A stretch of DNA of 64,000 nt from a virus, in the IMG/VR virus record IMGVR_UViG_3300027788_001769, positions 72,769-136,768 of that record. One strand, 5' to 3'. Positions within the stretch are counted from its first letter, which is position 1. Every line of letters begins with the position of its first letter. The notes below the pieces were generated by a model that did not search any database, was not told the origin of the DNA, and saw only the letters and a program-made list of their open reading frames with translations. Of the stretch, positions 59,201 through 64,000 are shown piece by piece. Made by a program: the position numbers and the translations under genes.

Positions 59201-61739
59201 ATTTAAATGGTCTGTCACCATGTCTAGTTCCAGTATCTACGTCTAATCCATGCATAAATGTTGTAGATGCTGAAGTAGCTATTAATGAACTACCACCAAT
59301 GATTGCTGCATCTTCTGCATGGGAATATATGGTATTACCAGAAGCGTTTAATATAGTGGAAAATCTGGCATTAAGAACGGTATTCTCCTGACCACCTAGA
59401 ATAGACATTCTATCTGCAGGACCTTCAAGGGTATTTTGTCCACCACCCCCTATAAATGATACGGATGCACTATTAGTTATTTTATTATTTATACCACCCG
59501 CAATAGAATTAGTGTACCCTGATATTAAATTATTAAATCCACCACCTATAAAAGAATATGTGGATGTGGCACTCATTACCGATATTTGATAAGTTTCTAC
59601 ATTAGTGACCGCTGTATATATACTACCAGAAATTTCATTTTGCTGTCCACCCACGATTGATGAGGCAGTACTTCCGGGTTTGATACTGTTGTTACTACCC
59701 GCACCAATAAACCCATAAGTGGATTTTATTTCATTATTGATACCAGCTACTACAGTAGAAGAATACCCACTGATTTCATTTGAATACCCACCACCAATAA
59801 AAGCATATTTAGAATTAAGTCCATGTACTGGAACATTATGGTTTCCGTGTATTTGATTTGATGCACCAGCAACAATTGCTGTTGATTGGTTATTTTCATG
59901 TATTGTATTTGTAACACCAACACCAATTAAACTATTAGGTGACCCAGAAAATATTATATTTTGTCTACCAGAAAGTATTGCACTTCTAAATGATTCTGTT
60001 TCAATTATATTACCGTACCCCGCACCAATAATTGCTTGTTTACTACGTACTTGATTTAATCTACCGGAAACAATAGCGGCATGAAATCCGGTTTTTTGAA
60101 GTTCTAAATGAGAGTTAGTGTGTATGGTATTATCTTGACCACTACCAATAAACCCATATCTATGATTAATTGTGTTACCTGTACCACCCCCTATAAAAGA
60201 ATAAGCGGAGTAATGGTTAATTGTATTTCCCGAACCACCTACAATAGATGACCAAGAACTTCCAGATTGTATTATGTTTCTATGTCCACCTACAACTACA
60301 TTATCTGTTCCACCTTGGATTTCATTGTGTTCTCCTGCCCCAATGAAACTATATTCTCTATATTTTTCTGTACCTTCACCATCAACAGAACCAGCATCTG
60401 CTTTTATGGTATTATGGAATCCACCTACAATGGCTGCCCCTACTGTATTATCTAATTGATTTACTTTACCACCACCAATGAAGTTATTTAAACTTTGTTC
60501 ATCTTCTGTATTGTCACCGTCAATCCTATTCTCCTGACCACCCACAATTGAACTGTATGTGTCTCCAGAAATGACATTTTTACTACCACCGACTATGGAA
60601 CTATACCCACCATACATGTGTTCTATGGTATTTTCATAACCACCACCTATAAAGTTCCCGGTAACACCATAACCCACTACATTGTCTTTTCCACCAACAA
60701 TAACACTAACCCCTTGTGTTTCCCCAGTGATTATATTATATTCACCACCAACTATCAATGAACTTACTGGTGTTGCCCCTGTAAGTTCAAAAGCTCTTTG
60801 TATTTTATTCTGTAAACCACCACCTATAAATGAACTACCAACACCGTGTAACCTATTAAAACTACCACCAACTAAAGTATTGCCAGAAAACGTGAGACCC
60901 GAAGCCACGTACGCTATTATATCATTTTTCTGACCACCCACAATTAATGAATAGGATGAACCAGATAAATCGTTACTTAACCCACCACCTATAAAACTAA
61001 AATTAGAATCTAAATCGACAATATTATAATACCCCCCTTGTACATTTGACAGTTCTCCTCTTGCATAAGAGTGGTGTTGACTTGTAACCCTAGGTTCTAT
61101 AGCTCTATACCCTTCACCGTAATGGTAAGGTGTTACACCTGAAATATCTACATTCCAGGATACACCATCATTTCTAAAAATTTGTAAATTAGTTTCATTT
61201 GTTAATGTAAAATTACTTATAAAGGTATCTGCTGATACAGTACCACCAGATTGTGGTGGACACCAATTCACATTCCCATAACCATCAGTACATAGAACAT
61301 AATTGACTGCCCCATCAAAACATGGAAAGGTATAACTACTAGTAGAATTATAATTAAATGTAACACCACTTATACCAAAATTAACGTCACCACATCCATC
61401 ACAATTGGTGTTTATTGTTACCCCACTTGTGCAATCACATGCTTCTATTTGATTAGCTGTTACTGGTGTATGGCAAAAATCACCGTCGTTAACGAAAACT
61501 AAAGTGTCTCCAGATATAAAAATACTGGTACCACTTAGTCCCGCTAAAGTTCTAAAATTAAGGAATCCATCGTTTGAGTTGGCCGTCTTACTTAAATAAA
61601 TTCCAGCACCATTACCTAGGTTATTACCTACTGTAAGGTCAATTTTGTCACTTAGAATCTGTTGATTGCTATCAAGTTCTGCGTGGGTAAGTGCGTTAGA
61701 AGCACCTACTCTCATATAAAAAGGAATTGGATATGGCAT
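50259..61739 (-). CDS. Giant modular tail fibre / adhesin (beta-solenoid repeats)
   Basis: N-terminal ALTHAELDSN; very many S.I.GG..N.I repeats; about 9 modules; late motif at 61754-61761. Confidence 0.8.
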   Translation of the reverse strand: MPYPIPFYMRVGASNALTHAELDSNQQILSDKIDLTVGNNLGNGAGIYLSKTANSNDGFLNFRTLAGLSGTSIFISGDTLVFVNDGDFCHTPVTANQIEACDCTSGVTINTNCDGCGDVNFGISGVTFNYNSTSSYTFPCFDGAVNYVLCTDGYGNVNWCPPQSGGTVSADTFISNFTLTNETNLQIFRNDGVSWNVDISGVTPYHYGEGYRAIEPRVTSQHHSYARGELSNVQGGYYNIVDLDSNFSFIGGGLSNDLSGSSYSLIVGGQKNDIIAYVASGLTFSGNTLVGGSFNRLHGVGSSFIGGGLQNKIQRAFELTGATPVSSLIVGGEYNIITGETQGVSVIVGGKDNVVGYGVTGNFIGGGYENTIEHMYGGYSSIVGGSKNVISGDTYSSIVGGQENRIDGDNTEDEQSLNNFIGGGKVNQLDNTVGAAIVGGFHNTIKADAGSVDGEGTEKYREYSFIGAGEHNEIQGGTDNVVVGGHRNIIQSGSSWSSIVGGSGNTINHYSAYSFIGGGTGNTINHRYGFIGSGQDNTIHTNSHLELQKTGFHAAIVSGRLNQVRSKQAIIGAGYGNIIETESFRSAILSGRQNIIFSGSPNSLIGVGVTNTIHENNQSTAIVAGASNQIHGNHNVPVHGLNSKYAFIGGGYSNEISGYSSTVVAGINNEIKSTYGFIGAGSNNSIKPGSTASSIVGGQQNEISGSIYTAVTNVETYQISVMSATSTYSFIGGGFNNLISGYTNSIAGGINNKITNSASVSFIGGGGQNTLEGPADRMSILGGQENTVLNARFSTILNASGNTIYSHAEDAAIIGGSSLIATSASTTFMHGLDVDTGTRHGDRPFKYHGSFTNSNINFVLTSIDNDGTAVWKPAPGTTSASTRDCSGDEYVVSATTSGCCQLVLTTNSGTTIIQDICNDLGPYQWGESPNSIRPVLPSAPGDINFFDTVSDLSGIMAGRANTISGSPYSFIGGGSKNMIDISPPDNYGWNAIVNGSHNKIQNLDGNNQGFSSLIVNGDKNIISGGTRNSILNGLSNRVGADYATVLNGAYNISNHRASTIVGGLNIMSLTSHTVYMNGLSVNTTLTDPLIGGERYFQYHGAAANPGQNKFLMDVDGMGNAVWSDIPGRPTFTGDTFAVSAYTSGCTLYITVSDGTTLTADTCNSFSDSPYRYDNLVDNIVPKLPNTVGLVNQAGDGVQWTTYNNIAGGQRNKIFTSWDTTSNSIINGFQNTISGQTSYAGVGGYKNVVGTQSSSSHVFGSQNILHGSSESLVGGLKNYINSSDRNFIGAGTDGQIWRSNASAIMAGKGNIISADTQTLRSKIILGGLTNKIISQGITGLSSNYGTILNGDSNRIWRGSSYGLIGNGHINYISGVTYATIINGVENRIFPNGKEGVIKYAPEYSVIVNGTGNTISYEYNASAIIGGVNISAVRSQTTHMKGLEVNTNTTEGNRQFTYKGGYANPGFGSFLMDSTGGGDAVWSRIPIIGYTGGTLTGDTYVVSAHTSGCTLFITLTDGTVYDANICDGFTDSPYRYDEVNQNIVPKLPSNPSIVNRAGHNGIITQYNNIAGGSKNKIWTNWDTFGNAIINGQQNIISGQTSYATAGGYRNIIEGASPSSIAHGGYNYVRNSNYGNVFGYFNTLWNTSRSAILGGNSHSIIKGWGNVIGGGIGNVISGRTSTSNSSMGIASGYDNLIVDGNYSTGGGTYQTQFTSVYSFIGGGIRNNIWQGSISSVILGGGYNYISGTTNAAILSGRHNKIHPGTKEGPMFAPDYSAIVNGSGNTISWEYNGAAIIGGVDISAVKSQTTHMKGLYVDTDTTEGQRAFRYYGSFASPGVGRVLTDISGAGDAVWQEMGGPRITGDTYAISAYTSGCTLYIDVSDGTTLTANTCNEFGSISPYEYSTAANSIRPVIPTQASGVGNDNLHGIYHNIAGGQQNTILYGANIGSTNVAKTVNNAIINGMNNTISGNTNNSATGGRNNLIVGGSSLGAGEQASSHSVYLFGTNGYIQNSSHTTLAGGQNSSIIDSDAGFIGAGINNRMRWSRWSSVVGGGYNYISGATHSFIGGGNLNVIEANQGTSGEFMYAVIGGGYQNTITSFGADNREASIVGGRGNEIWNGGTRSFIGGGHDNRISGVTESSIVGGYRNTITQAFREGMEVPHYSGILNGSGNTISLSHVGAAVLGGVDINSSKSQTTHMKGLYANTDTTEGARAFRYYGAFANPGLGRVLTSVNGVGDAVWQQMGGPRITGDTFAVSAYTSGCTLYIDISDGTTLTANTCNQFGSISPYEYSTGVDSIRPVIPTQASGVGNDNKHGFYHNIAGGQNNTILFGAGLPPVIETKTFNNAIINGNTNTISGNTNDSWLSGSYNLMVNGYVSAGGGNISYMENVTASNIQGGWKNSMVKSVYSNIDGGHINKIGNGWNSSIQNGTDAVISGDSRSIGIQYGLIGNGLDNHIYSHYQNDVTSHATIVNGGDNRIWRGSSYGTILNGYINYISGSTYSGILGGKENRIFPSGKEPGSEQTPNYSVIVNGSGNTITGAMKAAAIIGGVDITASRSQTTHMKGLYVNTNTTEGARAFRYYGAFANPGTNRILTSINSAGDAVWKETRNVDLTGDTFAVSAYTSGCTMYVVVSNGTVLTANTCNEFTEGPYRYDTGWGTIVPKLPATAFQENDIRNGYYNNIGGGKRNLITGVINTFVPSPNEGYGWSNYSSILGGDLNTITGGTVGSHIGGGAYNFINKGIYSSVVGGVANRVEGGQYGVAVGGTLHLIKDTRMGYVGQGLRNTVVFGKHNTILNGRLNATSGVTTTGGQYGLVGNGVNNQVLHRGNVSGSWNFYGSILNGEDNRVWDRTYYSHIGNGLKNQISGATYASIHNGKQNFISGIELGGEGVVHRETQYPTILNGSGNTISAWADASVILGGVDIQATLSQTTYMKGLDVDTDTHNGHRKFRYHGAWANEQSGRFLKSVNNLGDAVWADIEGPRVDLTGDTYAISAYTSGCTLYIDVSDGTTLTANTCNQFTEGPYEYGTANESIRPKLPPQSSFWKNRVLQGQNHNIAGGRGNLIVYSIDDRLTSNKITSNGIINGDLNTISGASYNSAIGGNYNYMNTVTGSGEDAGMGQNNASWMFGFSNYLENSKYTSIAGGSTNSVQSSDKSFIGSGQQNKILTESHDASIVGGQENTILRSRRSFIGGGFQNTISGTTNGSLENFIGAGHGNKIISGLGGEINLHSSIVGGYQNILWQGSEQGFIGGGENNYISGTTYSSVLNGRDNRIFPFGKQPGTEGVPDYSVIINGTGNTIAGEFKSAVVMGGNDMFARRSQTTHIKGLYVDTDTTDGTRAFTYRGSFANPAAGRVLKSINSVGDAYWADPNSVQMTGDTFAVSAFTNGCILNVLLSDGVTLTANTCNEFTDSPYRYDLGNGNIIPKLPVNPSSSGYNIAGGAGGSYNNIGGGRYNGISGYTSVIAGGSTNKIGDVGYGFIGGGSDNSISDSLAYTTIVGGFKNEIVKGTTNWFTFIGGGRDNRITGNVTGSGGGSQHSSIVGGEKNLISGITSNEKWSLIGGGENNTIVNGIKGVIVNGWDNSISPASGLITNHSYQSSILNGRGNLILADTASHYYGHILGGSGHTTHAIAHSSAILGGVDMTAFTPSTTYLDSAQVNGKIRVASKEFMQSSNSNFTASYQTPVTTLDVVHDNNTFSTMSAGTAGGEIVRFGTTGPGYLPGMLVQLRNGKWYPADADETSQQGNMLGVSLGASPSLGILIRGFAALNSTADGVTTWSIGGPLYVSQTAGQITETAPSASNRYVRVVGYMTETSNLVYFNPDGTFIKIA
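51530..59090 (-). repeat. Eight long-period modules (about 1.1 kb) inside the fibre gene
   Basis: TGDT.AVSAYTSGCTLY..VSDGTTLTANTCN junction near 51.6, 52.7, 53.9, 55.0, 56.1, 57.2, 58.3 and 59.0 kb. Confidence 0.9.
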
Positions 61740-61784
61740 ATTTACGTTTTATTTATAAATATTACCGAAATTACAATGTGTTAG

Positions 61785-62603
61785 CTAGAATAGATATGTT
61801 TTTGTTGGTATTGGTGAAACTTTGTATTTGTGTTTTTCATTACCTAGAGTTTTAACCACTTTTTTTGCTAGATTTAGTGTGTTTTTTACGTCTTCTATAA
61901 CCACATATTCGTCTTTAGTGTGGTACCTATAATACCCAGCTGCAAAATTTAAACAAGAAAAATCAAATTTTTGTGATAGAATCATAGTGTCGGTGTATGG
62001 GTGATGTCGCCATTCGGTTAAACCGTGTTCGTTAATTAAGTTTTTTACTTTACCTATAAAATCACCATCCTCTTCAAAAAGAGGCGTTCCCATTAATGTT
62101 TTACTCATGGTGTTATTTTCAGTAGAGTCAAATTGTATAGCATAAGAAACATTAGTAAAAAAATCTGGGTTAGCCTTTTTAGACCCATGACACCCAGTTT
62201 CTTCCGCAACTGGTAAGAAAATTTTACAAGACTCTAACTCTCTTAACAATTCTAAACATATAAAAACACCAGCTTTATCATCACCACCTATCCCAGTGGG
62301 TTTTCCACTTATTTCTTCATAAGCCTTTAATGCTAGTTTTAATTCTCCCTGTGCGTTAGGTAACATCTCTTCTTCTACCACCATATCTACTTTTTGGTGG
62401 ACCGTATCCAAGTGCGCAACAAAACACGGGTAATATTCTGATTTACCTTTAGTTAGGTACATATTTCCTATATCATCCACCTCAAGAGTGTCACATAGGT
62501 CACTATAATTTTCAACAATATAATTAATAAGGTCGTCCTCTTCCCAAGTGTATGTAGGAATTGAGAGTAAGTTTTTAAGTCTTTGTAGTTTATTATCGTT
62601 CAT
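61785..62603 (-). CDS. M20/M28-like zinc peptidase
   Basis: AHLDTVH, GGDDKAG, AEETG, QFD, GYY.YHT; start probably MNDNK at 62603. Confidence 0.8.
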   Translation of the reverse strand: MNDNKLQRLKNLLSIPTYTWEEDDLINYIVENYSDLCDTLEVDDIGNMYLTKGKSEYYPCFVAHLDTVHQKVDMVVEEEMLPNAQGELKLALKAYEEISGKPTGIGGDDKAGVFICLELLRELESCKIFLPVAEETGCHGSKKANPDFFTNVSYAIQFDSTENNTMSKTLMGTPLFEEDGDFIGKVKNLINEHGLTEWRHHPYTDTMILSQKFDFSCLNFAAGYYRYHTKDEYVVIEDVKNTLNLAKKVVKTLGNEKHKYKVSPIPTKTYLF

Positions 62604-62607
62604 ATTA

Positions 62608-62638
62608 CAAATATACAACAAAATAAGTTATTGACAAA
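62608..62638 (-). promoter_or_regulatory. Bacteroidota-type promoter (TTTG ... TATATTTG)
   Basis: Minus strand reads TTTGTCA-16nt-TATATTTG-taat-ATG. Confidence 0.7.
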
Positions 62639-62660
62639 ACAATTAGACTATAAAATTGTA

Positions 62661-62861
62661 TTATGGATGTTCAGAATTAACTTTATCTGTTAATTCGTTT
62701 AATTTTGAGACTATTTTTTCTAGGATAGTACTAAGTACTTCCGCATCACCATCACCCATTGAGTACTCAATACTAGCTTCAGTTTCACGGGTATGGGTAT
62801 CTCCACTATTACTTATAATGTTAAGTGCATTTAATTCTTCTGTTATTTTTTCTATAGACAT
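62661..62861 (-). CDS. Small helical protein downstream of the second fibre gene
   Basis: 66-aa ORF ending IVSKLNELTDKVN. Confidence 0.6.
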   Translation of the reverse strand: MSIEKITEELNALNIISNSGDTHTRETEASIEYSMGDGDAEVLSTILEKIVSKLNELTDKVNSEHP

Positions 62862-62885
62862 AGTATACTTTTTAAAATTTTATTT

Positions 62886-63998
62886 TTATGTGGTACCCGA
62901 TAATGTGGTAGCAAGTACTACTGTCCATGTACATTGGTTTGCGATAGACCCACCATCTTGTGCAGATATGGCAGGCATTATTACATCTCCTCTACTTACC
63001 GCTAAAGGTTCTCCTATTCCATTTATAAAGTAAGGTCTACTATTAGATATTCCACCATCATCATTTCCAGCTCCAAAAAATCTTAAAGTCATAGTGTTAA
63101 CATTACCGGTTCCCCAATCTAAAGTAGAAGTAAATAATGCAGCATTTCTTGGGTCTGATTCAGCACCATTATTTCTACAATTACAATAAAAACCTTCTAA
63201 AATACCATCAAATGGTATAGGTATAGCTTGAGCCGCACCATTACTTGCTACAGTAAATGTATTCCCTACGGTCTGGTTACTTCCAGCATAACCAGAATTT
63301 ACATTCCAAGTATGGTTAGAAATACCACCACCAATAGATGGTAATATCCAATTATTTGTCGCAGCTAAAGAACCACTTACACTAGAATAATAACTAACGT
63401 AAGTTCGACTGTAGGCCCCATCAACATAAGCTTTAACATTACCTTGGGTTGGTAGTTTGGTGTCGGAAGTACCTAAAGCATTATTATCTTCAATTGTTGT
63501 TACTCTTGCACCGGACCCACCTAATCTTACACCTTCATCACTTATATCTAATCTTGAAGAACCTCCTGTTTGGTATTCTTGGGTGTCTGTGCCAAAAGTT
63601 ATTTTATTGTTAGTATCGTTATCGTGAGCAACTGTATCACATTCTAAAGTAGCTATATTTGTAATGTTAGTTGTATCATCACCAACAATATTTCCATTGA
63701 CGGTTATACCGCTGGTGGTTATATCACCTGAGACTGTTATATTGCCGTCAATGTTAATACCAGTTGTTATATCTATTATAGTATTCACACTTGTCTTAGC
63801 ACGTATCCGGTCTGTTCTTATTTCAGGTGCACTTACAACAACGGCTGCTTCTACACTATTAGAAACTGTATGACCACTTGCACTTATATTACCTGAGGCT
63901 GTTATAGCACCTATTATATCCACCCCCGTATCACGCACAAGGGATAAAGTTGCAGTTCCTCCATACATTTTCACATTGTTTGTCCCTGCAGTATTAGA
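62886..63998 (-). CDS. Tail-fibre-like virion protein (5' truncated by the window)
   Basis: Frame is open to the edge; ITASGNISASG and DTKLPTQGNVKAYVD fibre-type motifs. Confidence 0.65.
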   Translation of the reverse strand, partial: SNTAGTNNVKMYGGTATLSLVRDTGVDIIGAITASGNISASGHTVSNSVEAAVVVSAPEIRTDRIRAKTSVNTIIDITTGINIDGNITVSGDITTSGITVNGNIVGDDTTNITNIATLECDTVAHDNDTNNKITFGTDTQEYQTGGSSRLDISDEGVRLGGSGARVTTIEDNNALGTSDTKLPTQGNVKAYVDGAYSRTYVSYYSSVSGSLAATNNWILPSIGGGISNHTWNVNSGYAGSNQTVGNTFTVASNGAAQAIPIPFDGILEGFYCNCRNNGAESDPRNAALFTSTLDWGTGNVNTMTLRFFGAGNDDGGISNSRPYFINGIGEPLAVSRGDVIMPAISAQDGGSIANQCTWTVVLATTLSGTT

Positions 63999-64000
63999 AC

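Noticed and set aside
50259-61739. Fibre repeats as a diversity-generating retroelement or invertible cassette
   Set aside because: No reverse transcriptase or invertase in the window, no non-coding template repeat, and differences are not obviously adenine-specific
1-64000. Stop-codon reassignment
   Set aside because: Conserved genes are full length in the standard code; TAA, TAG and TGA all end genes at coupled junctions

Overview
This AT-rich, gene-dense 64 kb window comes from a large T4-like (myovirus-type) phage. Evidence is the gp17 terminase, gp20 portal, gp21 prohead protease, gp22-like scaffold, gp23 capsid, gp55-like late sigma, gp5-like baseplate hub and ATP-dependent ligase. The host is probably Bacteroidota: promoters match TTG-N~19-TAnnTTTG and leaders are A-rich with no Shine-Dalgarno. 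Layout: (1) 1-20.2 kb, a very large soluble sugar-nucleotide and glycosyltransferase cluster (WecB, Gmd/ColD/ColC-Fcl suggesting GDP-colitose, a sugar C-methyltransferase, UDP-sugar dehydrogenase, epimerases, RmlC/RmlD-like, about 9 GTs, PhoH) with no flippase, polymerase or lipid-carrier transferase; (2) 20.2-26.7 kb, late sigma and baseplate-type genes; (3) 26.7-29.7 kb, an accessory island with ligase; (4) 29.7-45.4 kb, a minus-strand head module with acidic putative internal proteins, a nucleotidyltransferase and KTSC; (5) divergent dnaK and clpC; (6) a Cys-rich protein, a 3826-aa modular fibre, a peptidase and a partial second fibre. The best candidate for an undescribed system is phage-encoded virion glycosylation. 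Unrelated virion proteins repeatedly carry an [S/T]-[G/A]-x-[T/S] motif that could be its acceptor sequon, and many are unusually Cys-rich. Late genes are preceded by TATTTAT(A/T), the reverse complement of the T4 late promoter. All product calls come from recognising motifs by eye; no searches were run.
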